64,000 nt of DNA from the NCBI GenBank assembly GCA_964513735.1, contig CAZENU010000005.1:13719-77718 (forward strand). The letters run 5' to 3'. Both the position numbers and the translations under genes were made by a program. Below the pieces are notes generated by a model, which was not told the DNA's origin, did not search any database, and was given only the letters and a program-made list of their open reading frames with translations. Shown one piece after another: positions 1 through 8,126 of this stretch. The stretch's first letter is position 1. Each line of letters begins with the position of its first letter. This DNA is from an uncultured Dehalococcoidia bacterium (GTDB lineage: Bacteria; Chloroflexota; Dehalococcoidia; Lucifugimonadales; CAZENU01).

Positions 1-218
1 GAGTACCAGGCCACTTCTCCCAGAAACGAGATGTCCACGACCCTGTGCTTCACCCCCAACAGACGGCCTACTTCCACCGCGCTCACGACCTCCCGGCTGG
101 GAACCTGGCCGTACTGGAAGGTGATCGCCGTCAGCCGGTCGGACCGGGACTTGGCGTAGGCAGTCACGGTCGTGGAGTCCAGACCTCCGGACAGCAGCGT
201 AACGGCGAAGCTGGTCAT
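1..218 (-). CDS. queC: 7-cyano-7-deazaguanine synthase QueC, N-terminal fragment (gene runs off the window start)
   Basis: Hand translation of the minus strand from ATG at 218-216 gives MTSFAVTLLSGGLDSTTVTAYAKSRSDRLTAITFQYGQVPSREVVSAVEVGRLLGVKHRVVDISFLGE. It carries the SGGLDS PP-loop motif and lies downstream of queF on the same strand. It is missing from the ORF track because the window edge cuts it. Confidence 0.8.
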   Translation of the reverse strand, partial: MTSFAVTLLSGGLDSTTVTAYAKSRSDRLTAITFQYGQVPSREVVSAVEVGRLLGVKHRVVDISFLGEVAWY

Positions 219-247
219 GGGCGTCTCAGGCTGGTGCGGGATGCCGA

Positions 248-380
248 CATTGTCATTCTGAACCCTTCGACTGGGCTCAGGACGGGCGCAGTGAAGAATC
301 TGGGGTGGGGTCTTCGCCCTGCACCCGGTGAAAGACCCCACCCCAGATTCTTCGTCGGGAACTCCTCAGAATGACAATTG
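248..380. repeat. Palindromic REP/MITE-like element (family 1, termini gtcattctga ... gaagaatctgggg)
   Basis: Left arm cattgtcattctga...gaagaatctggggtggggtct; right arm agaccccaccccagattcttc...tcagaatgacaattg. The inner 21 nt (about 293-313 vs 333-353) pair perfectly. Related termini recur at about 32866-32990, 44409-44510 and 59679-59782. Hand-counted coordinates. Confidence 0.75.
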
Positions 381-448
381 GGCCGGCTGTTCACATAAAC
401 GCTGAGAATCCTACCCCCGAATTCCCCTACCTCTGTGCCCTCTGTGGG

Positions 449-874
449 TTAACTGTCCCGGCCGTAGCGGGCGGTGACACTGGCGTGCAGACCGCCCCGG
501 ACATTGTAGTCCAACTCCACCGACATGCGGACCGGCTTGCACACGGCCACCAGGTCGTCGAGTATCCGGTTGGCGACGTGCTCGTGGACGATGCCTACGC
601 CCATATACGAGAGCAGATAGTATTTCAGCGACTTCAGTTCGATACACTGCTCGTCGGGTACGTATCTTATCGTCAGGGTGCCGAAGTCCGGCAGGCCGGT
701 CCATGGGCAGACCGCGGTGAACTCCTCGGTGTCGATGGCCACCTCGGCGTCATGCCCGGCGTAGTCGTAGTCGAAGGCCATCAAGCAGCCGGCGTCGATG
801 GCGCTCTCCGAGCGAGTCTCGAACCGCCGGTCGAGGCGCTCATACCGCTCCTGCAACGCCTCTATGCTTGACAT
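449..874 (-). CDS. queF: NADPH-dependent 7-cyano-7-deazaguanine (preQ0) reductase QueF, type I
   Basis: ORF 449..892. It has the QueF motif ELKSLKYYLLSY and the catalytic Cys context TAVCPWTGLPDFG. The ATG at 874 is preceded by ggaggtga, so I prefer it to the TTG at 892. Confidence 0.85.
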   Translation of the reverse strand: MSSIEALQERYERLDRRFETRSESAIDAGCLMAFDYDYAGHDAEVAIDTEEFTAVCPWTGLPDFGTLTIRYVPDEQCIELKSLKYYLLSYMGVGIVHEHVANRILDDLVAVCKPVRMSVELDYNVRGGLHASVTARYGRDS

Positions 875-992
875 CCGGTCACCTCCAGCCAACGAAGCTC
901 TTCTGGCACCTATGATACAGTCGCGCCATGACTATGACCACATCGCCCGATTCCTACCTAAAACCCCGTACCCCGTACCCTGTGCCTTCCCG

Positions 993-1715
993 ATGTCCGA
1001 CGGCCTCGGAATAGAGATCAGCGGCCTGCGGAAGGCCTACGCGCGGACCCAGGTGCTGCGTGGCCTGGACTTGGAGGTGCCCTGGGGGCAGGTCCTGACC
1101 GTGCTGGGGGCCAACGGATCCGGCAAGACGACGGTGGTGCGGATTCTCGCCGGACTGGCTCGGGCCGACGAGGGGAGCGTCCGGGTGGCCGGCTTCGACC
1201 TGGGCAAGCAGGCGGAGCGGGCACGCCGTCACGTCGGGATCGTGACCCACGATGCCTTGCTCTACGCCGATCTGACCGGCTACGAGAACCTGGCCTTCTT
1301 CGGCCGCATGTTCGCCCTCGACCGCATCGACGACCGGATAGCCGAAGTCGCGGCTCTTCTGGGCGTCACGGACCGCCTTCGACAGCGGGCTGGGACGCTG
1401 TCCCACGGCTTCCGAAAGCGGTTCAGCATCGCACGGGCCCTGCTGCACGGCCCGGCGGTGTTGGTCATGGACGAGCCCGAGAGCGGCCTGGACCAGGAGG
1501 CCCTGCAGCTTTTGGACGCCGCGGTTGGCGAGAGGACTGAGCCGCCCCGCGCGGTGTTGGTGACCACCCACAACCTGGATCGCGGGCTGGCCTTTGGAGA
1601 CAGCCTGGTCATCCTGTCCCGAGGCGTAATCGCCTACCGGCAGTCGGAGGTGTCGCCCGCGGACGCCGACGGCGTGAGGGACGCCTACTTCCGGCACACG
1701 GGGGCGCGGACATGA
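993..1715 (+). CDS. ccmA: ABC transporter ATP-binding protein, heme exporter CcmA-like
   Basis: ORF 798..1715. Walker A GANGSGKTT, signature LSHGFRKR, Walker B VLVMDEP. It overlaps ccmB by 4 nt (ATGA). Start set at MSDGLGIEISGL (993), in frame with the ORF. Confidence 0.75.
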   Translation: MSDGLGIEISGLRKAYARTQVLRGLDLEVPWGQVLTVLGANGSGKTTVVRILAGLARADEGSVRVAGFDLGKQAERARRHVGIVTHDALLYADLTGYENLAFFGRMFALDRIDDRIAEVAALLGVTDRLRQRAGTLSHGFRKRFSIARALLHGPAVLVMDEPESGLDQEALQLLDAAVGERTEPPRAVLVTTHNLDRGLAFGDSLVILSRGVIAYRQSEVSPADADGVRDAYFRHTGART

Positions 1716-2386
1716 GCGGCTTCCTGAAGCCAGTGCTGGCGTTGCTCTGGAAGGACATTCTACTGGAGACCAGGTCCAAGGACTTCGTCGTGGCCGTGCT
1801 GGTCTTCTCCGTGCTGGTAATAGTCGTGTTCAACTTCGCCATCGAGATCACGCCACACACGGCCGTCCTCGTCGCGCCCGGAGTGCTGTGGGTCGCCATC
1901 TTGTTCGGCGGCGTCCTGGGACTGACGCGTTCGGTGGGCGCGGAGATGGAGAGCGGCAACCTGCACGGCCTGCTCCTGGCCCCGGTGGGGCGCGACGCGA
2001 TCTTCTTCGGCAAGGTAGCCTCCAACCTGCTGTTCATGCTGCTGGTGGAGGTGCTGATATTCCCGGTGTTCGCGGTGATGTTCAACCTGCCGATCGCCGA
2101 GCCCGGGATGATCGTGACAGCGGTCCTGGCCACGCTGGGCATCGCCACGGTGGGCACGGTCTTCGCCGCGATAGCCGCCAGCACCCGCGCGCGAGAGGTG
2201 ATGCTGCCGCTGCTGTTCTTCCCGGTCGCCCTGCCGGCCATCGTCGCGGCGGTCGAGGCCACCGGCCTGCTGCTTGGCGATGGCAGCCTGGGGGACACGG
2301 CCCGCTGGATCGTCCTGCTGGTCGCCTTCGACGCGGTATTCCTGGTGGTCACTCCCCTGGCGTTCAAGCTGGTGATCGAGGAGTAA
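1712..2386 (+). CDS. ccmB: Heme exporter membrane protein CcmB
   Basis: 224-aa polytopic membrane protein. The N-terminus KPVLALLWKDILLETRSKD and its length fit the CcmB family. It is coupled to the upstream ABC ATPase. Confidence 0.8.
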   Translation: MSGFLKPVLALLWKDILLETRSKDFVVAVLVFSVLVIVVFNFAIEITPHTAVLVAPGVLWVAILFGGVLGLTRSVGAEMESGNLHGLLLAPVGRDAIFFGKVASNLLFMLLVEVLIFPVFAVMFNLPIAEPGMIVTAVLATLGIATVGTVFAAIAASTRAREVMLPLLFFPVALPAIVAAVEATGLLLGDGSLGDTARWIVLLVAFDAVFLVVTPLAFKLVIEE

Positions 2387-2916
2387 CCGCGCCTCCTTTC
2401 CGTTCGGCCTGATGGTGTCCAAGAACAGCTGGAGGAGTCTGTACGGCGGTTGAGCCCTTGGACGACGCCGGACGACCGGCCCGTGGTGCGTCTAGGCCTG
2501 ATGTTGGAGTTGGCGGTGTCGTTGGCCGACCGGGACGCGGTAGCGGCTTTGGCACCCGAAACTAGCAAACCTCGACAGGTATGCTCCCATGACAGAGGAT
2601 TCGTCCGACGGCCGTGTCCTAGGAGCGCCTAAGGTGTTGCTCGAAGACTGTGACAGAGCCCGCAGACATTATGGAGCGACGTTGGAGGCGCCCGCCAAGG
2701 TCCGCCACCGTCCCGAGGTAGCGCTCACGGCCTGGAGCTCGCCATCGGGGAGGTGCGGGACATGATGATGCAGCAGCCCCTGGAGCGCGCCCTATCGCGG
2801 CGGCAGATTCTAGAGGCGTAGGGAACCGCCGCAGGCGCACCCCGGCCGGTGTTTCAATCCCCATCTGACGCGAAAGCCGTGCGCGGCCTCGTGAAGCTGT
2901 TCACAAGCCGTTTAGA

Positions 2917-2946
2917 TTGACACTCCGAGGCCGAAACTGCTATATT
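2917..2946 (+). promoter_or_regulatory. Sigma-70-like promoter candidate upstream of korAB
   Basis: TTGACA (2917-2922), 18-nt spacer, TATATT (2941-2946). It implies a leader of about 200 nt before the korA TTG at 3159. Confidence 0.4.
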
Positions 2947-3158
2947 TTGGCGCGGTAATCAAGATGTTCTACACTACGCAGGCCCGAGGCCGCGCAGCAT
3001 ACCGCCCCAGGGAAACCACCGACCGCCACCAGTGTAAGTGGTCCTTCACCACCGAGTAGCGCTGCCGACTAGCGCCCGACCCGGTCCCGACGCCCACATC
3101 AAAACGCCACGGCCGGGTTGCGCGCCTCAATCCGCAACCGTGGCATCGGAGGCGACAG

Positions 3159-4880
3159 TTGAAGAAGAGCGACTTCGTAGTCCGGTTCGCCGGCGAAGGC
3201 GGCCAGGGATTCATGACCGCGGCCGAGGGTTTCGCCAGCGCCAACACCCAGGCCGGCTACCACACCCAGACCTTTGCCACGTTCCCCTCGCAGATTACCG
3301 GCGGCCCGACGTGGATGCAGGCCCGCATCTCCACGATCCCCGTCTTCAACAGAGGCGATGAGCTCGACGTGCTCGTCGTTTTCAACGAGAGCGCCTACCA
3401 GGCGCACAAAGACGAGGTCCGAGATGGTGGCGTCATCCTGTACGACTCCGATGGCCTGACCCTGGAGGACGACGGCAAGAGCCTGGGCATTCCCTTCGAG
3501 AAGCTGGCCAAGTCCACCGGCAACAGCCGCGCGGGCAACATGGTGATGATGGGCGCCCTGGCGCAGCTCGTGGACATGTCGCAGGAAGTCCTGGAGGGGT
3601 TCGTAAAGAAGCGGTGGGGGAACACGGCGCGCTACGGCGAGAAGATCGTCCTCCAGAACATCGAGGCCCTCTCGCTGGGGCGGGAGGCAGCCCGCGAGAG
3701 CGGGTTCAACCTTGGAAAACTGGCGCCGCCTACGCCGCCCGACTACGAGCAGATCTTCATACACGGGAACGAGGCCATCTCGCTCGGCGCGGCCGCGGGC
3801 GGGCTAGAGTTCTTCGTCGGATACCCCATCTCGCCGGCAACGACCATCCTAATGTGGATGGAACACAACCTGGTCGGGGAAAGACGGTTCGCCTATCAGG
3901 CCAGCTCCGAGATCGAGTCGATCAACTCGATCATCGGCGCCAGCTACGGCGGCCTCAAGGCCATGACCGCGACCGCCGGCCCAGGCTTCTCCCTGATGAG
4001 CGAGGGCCTGGGCCTCGCCTGGATAGCCGAGATACCCATCGTCGTGATCGACGTCCAGCGCGGCGGACCCGCAACAGGGCTGCCCACCAAGACCGAGCAG
4101 TCCGACCTGGGCAGCGCGATTAGGCCGGCCCACGGCGACGTATCCCTCCCCGTGATCGCCCCCGGCACCGTTGAGGAGTGCTTCTACGCCACCGTGGCCG
4201 CGATGAACTGGGCCGAGCGGTATCAGGGCCCGGTGATCCTGCTCAGCGAGCACGCCCTGTCTGAGCGAAAGCAGAACATCCGCAAACCCGACGTGAGCAA
4301 GCTGCACATCGAACGCAGGGAAGTCTACCAGGGCAAGAACGGCTATCTCAGATATGAGGCCCCGACTCTATCGGCCATGCCGCGTCCCGGCAGTCCAGGC
4401 AGCTACGTCGCCAACGCCAGCGAGCACGACGCCATGGGCGACACGACCCACCTGCCGGAGCGCCACGTCCACATGACCGAGCGGCGCTTCAGCAAGCTGG
4501 ACCTGCTCAAGGACGGCACCTTCGAGTCGGCTAACACGGAGTGGCCCGTAGCCGTTATGCCGTGGGGCGGCTCCAAAAGCCCGGCCCTCGAGGCCTACAA
4601 TCAGCTCCAGGAGGCCGGCGTCAAGGTGGCCTGGTACTACACGATGTACCTGAACCCTCTGCCACCCGATCTGCTCGAAGAGCTCCGGCAGAAGGAACTG
4701 GTGCTGGTGCCTGAGCTCAACTACCTGGGGCAGTTCTCGTCGCTTCTACGTTCACAGAGTGTGCGCGCAGAGTCGATCACTCAGTACACAGGTCTGCCCT
4801 TCAAGGTCTCTGACCTGGTCGCGCGGATATCCGAGAGAGTCGGTGCGGGGAGCAAGGACAAGGACAGGGTGGCAGTATGA
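3159..4880 (+). CDS. korA: 2-oxoacid:ferredoxin oxidoreductase, fused gamma-alpha subunit
   Basis: 573 aa. N-terminal gamma-type domain (VRFAGEGGQGFMTAAE) followed by an alpha domain (GNEAISLGAAAGG, YPISPAT). GGAGG lies 5 nt upstream of the TTG start. ATGA overlap with the beta subunit. Confidence 0.85.
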   Translation: MKKSDFVVRFAGEGGQGFMTAAEGFASANTQAGYHTQTFATFPSQITGGPTWMQARISTIPVFNRGDELDVLVVFNESAYQAHKDEVRDGGVILYDSDGLTLEDDGKSLGIPFEKLAKSTGNSRAGNMVMMGALAQLVDMSQEVLEGFVKKRWGNTARYGEKIVLQNIEALSLGREAARESGFNLGKLAPPTPPDYEQIFIHGNEAISLGAAAGGLEFFVGYPISPATTILMWMEHNLVGERRFAYQASSEIESINSIIGASYGGLKAMTATAGPGFSLMSEGLGLAWIAEIPIVVIDVQRGGPATGLPTKTEQSDLGSAIRPAHGDVSLPVIAPGTVEECFYATVAAMNWAERYQGPVILLSEHALSERKQNIRKPDVSKLHIERREVYQGKNGYLRYEAPTLSAMPRPGSPGSYVANASEHDAMGDTTHLPERHVHMTERRFSKLDLLKDGTFESANTEWPVAVMPWGGSKSPALEAYNQLQEAGVKVAWYYTMYLNPLPPDLLEELRQKELVLVPELNYLGQFSSLLRSQSVRAESITQYTGLPFKVSDLVARISERVGAGSKDKDRVAV

Positions 4881-5743
4881 CCGACAAGAACCCCGAGTAC
4901 GACTTCAAATGGTGCCCCGGCTGCGGCGACTTCGGCGTCCGCCGTGCCCTCGAGCAGGCAGTGGAGAAGCGCCTGGTCGAGACGGAGGAGCCGATCGAGA
5001 GCAATGTGGTGGTAGCCGGCATCGGGTGCTCCGGCAACATGGTGCATCTGCTGGAGGGCCCGCAGCCTTACGGTATCCACGGATTGCACGGCCGAACGCT
5101 GCCCTTGTCGATGGGCATCAAGGCCGGCAGGCCCGACCTCAACGTGGTGATAGTGGCCGGTGACGGCGACTTCCTGAGCATCGGGATGGAGCACATAGCG
5201 CCGCAGGCCCGGCGCAACCTGGACATCTGCGCCATCATCATGGACAACGCCGTCTACGGCCTGACCAAGGGTCAGAGCTCCCCTACTGCGGAGGAAGGTC
5301 TCGTCACCAGCTCGACGCCGTTCGGCAAGCCGGAGGACGGTCTGAACGCCTTGAATCTGTACCTGACGGTGGGCGCCTCGTTCATGGCGTCTGGGCTGTC
5401 CAGCAAGATCAAGGATCTGGCGGACCTCATATACCAGGGAATGAGCCACCGCGGATTCTCGGTGGTGCACGTCCAGTCACCCTGCACCGAGTACAACAAC
5501 ACCTTCGAGCAGCTTAAAGGCAACGCCCGGAAGGGCATCGAGCCGCTGGCCTGGGACATCCCCGAGGACCACCCCGAGGACGACCTCTCCGCAGCCTTCA
5601 GCCTGGTCGCCAACGGGGGAGTGCCGCTGGGCGTTGTCTACCGTGACGAGCAGCGGCCTCCGTTCCACGAGCGCATCGTGTCGATGAACAAGAACGCCCG
5701 CGTCAGGACCGCCCAGGAGATGGTCGACTTCTACGCGGTCTAA
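4877..5743 (+). CDS. korB: 2-oxoacid:ferredoxin oxidoreductase beta subunit (TPP-binding)
   Basis: 288 aa with WCPGCGDFG and the GDGD...MDNAVYGLTKGQ TPP-binding pattern. Confidence 0.85.
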   Translation: MTDKNPEYDFKWCPGCGDFGVRRALEQAVEKRLVETEEPIESNVVVAGIGCSGNMVHLLEGPQPYGIHGLHGRTLPLSMGIKAGRPDLNVVIVAGDGDFLSIGMEHIAPQARRNLDICAIIMDNAVYGLTKGQSSPTAEEGLVTSSTPFGKPEDGLNALNLYLTVGASFMASGLSSKIKDLADLIYQGMSHRGFSVVHVQSPCTEYNNTFEQLKGNARKGIEPLAWDIPEDHPEDDLSAAFSLVANGGVPLGVVYRDEQRPPFHERIVSMNKNARVRTAQEMVDFYAV

Positions 5744-5759
5744 GTCACTGCCGCGCCGG

Positions 5760-6308
5760 CTACCGGGTCGGTGTCACGACGTAGTCCGAGAGGAATTTCC
5801 GGAGCAGGACGCAGGGCCCGGTGCAGCCTCGCCTCTTCAGCGCCGGGACGGTGATCTCCAGCGCCTCCACGTTGGACGGTCCCTGCACGTCGCGCAGCAC
5901 CACGGCGGCCCTCAGGTCGGGCTCGAGGCGGCCTATGCCCTCCCTGAACTTGTCCTGCAACTCGGAGTTCTGCGCGCCGCGGTAGGGCGTAGTGCTCCAG
6001 TCAGCGATCTCGACGTCCTCGATACCGGTATAGGTCAGGGACCGCGCCAGCTTCGTCTTGCGCAGCCTCATCAGCGCCGCGTTCATGGTGATCCGGTAGA
6101 GCCACGTGGTGACACGCGACTCACCGCGGAAGCGCGCGAAGGGACGGTAGGCCGACAGGAAGGCGTCCTGCGCTACGTCCTACGCATCCTCGTGGTTGCC
6201 CATCATGCGGAACGCGACGTTGTATACGAAGCCCGAGTGCTCCTTGACCCGGGAGTTGAAGTCCTGGGCGCTCGTCGCGGACTGATCTTTTGTCTCGTCG
6301 TATGTCAT
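5760..6308 (-). pseudogene. ECF-type sigma-70 factor interrupted by one in-frame TAG
   Basis: The minus frame is continuous from ATG 6308 to the stop at 5760, apart from a TAG at 6180-6182. It reads [83 protein letters not shown]..., which is sigma region 2. A region 4-like LRAAVVLRDVQG follows. The stop is one base away from GAG. Confidence 0.65.
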
Positions 6309-6530
6309 ATGCTGATGAGCGGACGGCTCCAGTACCGATGATAACCCTATTACGTCAAGCGGGGCCAGCCCGATTCAGGACACAGCCTTTCCTGAGAATC
6401 CATGCCGGAAACGGTGCATCCTATTGTAGAGACGAGTATCCGAATGCCAAAGCTGTTGGCCGCCACGGGGGGGGCCCGGACTACAGTGTTGTCGGGTTTC
6501 GAGCGGCAGGTGGCACGGGAGTAAGGCCAG

Positions 6531-6802
6531 ATGGTCTCGCGGATAGCCAGGATTTTCAGGAGAAACGGCGAGATTGAGCACGTGTCCGCCCGTGGTATGG
6601 CATCGGACTACATCGACGACGAGCTGGAGTCGGCCACCTCGAGAAGATCCGCGCTCACCTGGAGAAATGCGGCCCCTGTCACTCGTTCTTCAATACGCTG
6701 CGGGCGACCATCCGGCTCCTTCGCACCTCGGAGAGCCACGACCCGCCTCCGTCGTTCGACGAGCACCTTCGGGCGAAGCTCCGGGACGCCGATGGACGCT
6801 AG
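6531..6802 (+). pseudogene. zf-HC2 (ZAS-type) anti-sigma factor N-domain with an apparent 1-nt frameshift
   Basis: The frame of ORF 6531 reads ...GEIEHVSARGMASDYIDDELES. Sense then continues in another frame from about 6641: EKIRAHLEKCGPCHSFFNTLRATIRLLRTSESHDPPPSFDEHLRAKLRDADGR*, with the stop at 6800-6802. Together they give H...HxxxCxxC. It is divergent from the ECF sigma gene. Confidence 0.5.
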
Positions 6803-6858
6803 CCACCCTCCCAAGCTCCTGGCCTACTGTCCCGCAGATAGCACTGAGTTTGGGTGAA

Positions 6859-6896
6859 ACTTCGCGGAGCCTTCTCATGCTGAGGCTCCGCGAAGT
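6859..6896. terminator. 14-bp perfect hairpin between the convergent anti-sigma remnant and ccmE
   Basis: acttcgcggagcct / aggctccgcgaagt with a 10-nt loop. There is no clear U-tract on either strand. Confidence 0.4.
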
Positions 6897-7016
6897 ATCT
6901 GGGGCAGGGAGGCTCCCCCAGACCCCGATTCGGCATCGGGCTGAAGATCGGCCGATTCCGGGCGCACCTCGCCAACCTCTGGTCTCACCGGCAGTATCTC
7001 TCCCCTGCCTCGGGGA

Positions 7017-7469
7017 TCAGCCTGCGATGTACTTCGACGGGCACTTGACTATCACGTTGTAGCTCTGGAAGAGACCCTCTGGCGTATAGCTCCCTTCCAG
7101 GATGATCTCGGAGTGCTCGTTGAAGAAAAGCTCGGGCAGGACACCGTCGTGGGTGGCCGCAACGGCCATCGAGCCATCGGTCAGCCAGAACCGTGCCAGC
7201 GTGGAGTCGGGGTCGCGGGTGAATGAACCGTCGAGCAGCTTGCCGCTCACGCGGACCAGCTCGCCCGATGCGGACGGACCCAACTCCTGCAGCTCGCCCA
7301 CGGTGTAGTAGTAGACGATGGCGCTCTGGAAGGCCATGAAGCCGAAATAGCCCAGTGCGACGATCAGTACGACGGCTCCGATGGCCATCTTGAAGCGCCC
7401 GGGGAAGAGGGAGACTCCTTCCGAGTCATCTACCGGACGCACCACTATCGACTCTGTCGAATTTTCCAT
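7017..7469 (-). CDS. ccmE: Cytochrome c maturation heme chaperone CcmE, Cys (CxxxY) variant
   Basis: N-terminal TM helix plus an OB-fold-like body. THDGVLPELFFNEHSEIILEG matches the CcmE Y.GILPDLFREGQG.V..G block. The C-terminus VIVKCPSKY lies where canonical CcmE has LAKHDENY. Confidence 0.8.
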   Translation of the reverse strand: MENSTESIVVRPVDDSEGVSLFPGRFKMAIGAVVLIVALGYFGFMAFQSAIVYYYTVGELQELGPSASGELVRVSGKLLDGSFTRDPDSTLARFWLTDGSMAVAATHDGVLPELFFNEHSEIILEGSYTPEGLFQSYNVIVKCPSKYIAG

Positions 7470-7490
7470 ATCAGGCCATCTCGCGGCCGG

Positions 7491-8126
7491 CTAGCCTGCC
7501 GGCTCCTCTTCGGTTAGCGCGACACGCAACGCCTCTATCTCGGCGCGCATGGCCCTGTGTCGCCTCGACGTCATGAAGACGTAGACGAAGAACGCGGCCC
7601 ACGTGACCATGAACACCGCGAACAGGTAACCGAGGTTGGGGCCGGGATCGGCGTCTACTACCGTGACGATCCCGCTCTCACCACCTGGCTCTATTGTACC
7701 GCCTTTCGGGTCCGACAGCCGAACGCTGAAGGTCTCGATGTCTTCATCGTCATCGTCGTTGATGATAAGCAAGACTATGGCGGTGGACGTCACGCCTGCC
7801 GGGACCGTGACGACACCGCCGGCGCTGGTATAGTCGTTGGGCGCCTTCGCTGAGCCGTCGACGGTGGCGTAGCGTACGCTGACGTCGTGGCCGACGGCGT
7901 GGTCGAGGGATACGATCAGGGTCGCCTCGGCGGCCTTCTCCCGCACAGAGGCGTTGCCGATGGAGACCCCGGGCGCGGCGGCCTGCTGCAAAGGATGCGC
8001 CGCGGCCGTTTCGGCGATGCCCGAATCGCGGCCTGCGGCATCCAGATTGTCGCCCGGCGCAATCCCCCACAGAATGGCTACCACTGCGACGGCGCTTGCA
8101 ATGCGGCGGACGGGGCTACTGGACAT
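7491..8126 (-). CDS. ccmD: Signal/TM + Calx-beta domain fused to a CcmD-type C-terminal membrane helix
   Basis: The Calx-beta pattern is VSVRYATVDGSAKAPNDYTSAGGVVTVPAGVTSTAIVLLIINDDDDEDIETFSVRLSDP. The C-terminal NLGYLFAVFMVTWAAFFVYVFMTSRRHRAMRAEIEAL matches CcmD-family small proteins. It sits between ccmC and ccmE and overlaps the ccmC stop by 11 nt. Confidence 0.7.
   Translation of the reverse strand: MSSSPVRRIASAVAVVAILWGIAPGDNLDAAGRDSGIAETAAAHPLQQAAAPGVSIGNASVREKAAEATLIVSLDHAVGHDVSVRYATVDGSAKAPNDYTSAGGVVTVPAGVTSTAIVLLIINDDDDEDIETFSVRLSDPKGGTIEPGGESGIVTVVDADPGPNLGYLFAVFMVTWAAFFVYVFMTSRRHRAMRAEIEALRVALTEEEPAG

Noticed and set aside
893-992. Possible preQ1 riboswitch upstream of queF
   Set aside because: The minus-strand leader lacks the conserved preQ1-I/II elements, with no CCCUC...UAAAAAACUA-type motif. 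It is only about 100 nt, shared with the divergent ccmA promoter region.
1609-2568. 319-aa minus-strand ORF
   Set aside because: Antisense shadow of ccmB. Ser/Thr/Arg/Ala-rich low complexity.
2840-2870. tRNA T-loop-like gtttcaatcc
   Set aside because: No complementary T-stem, no acceptor stem or anticodon arm can be drawn, and no CCA context.
6180-6182. In-frame TAG in the ECF sigma gene as pyrrolysine or programmed read-through
   Set aside because: No Pyl machinery context, and the lineage is unlikely. The neighbouring anti-sigma gene is independently frameshifted, so pseudogenisation or sequencing error is the simpler reading.
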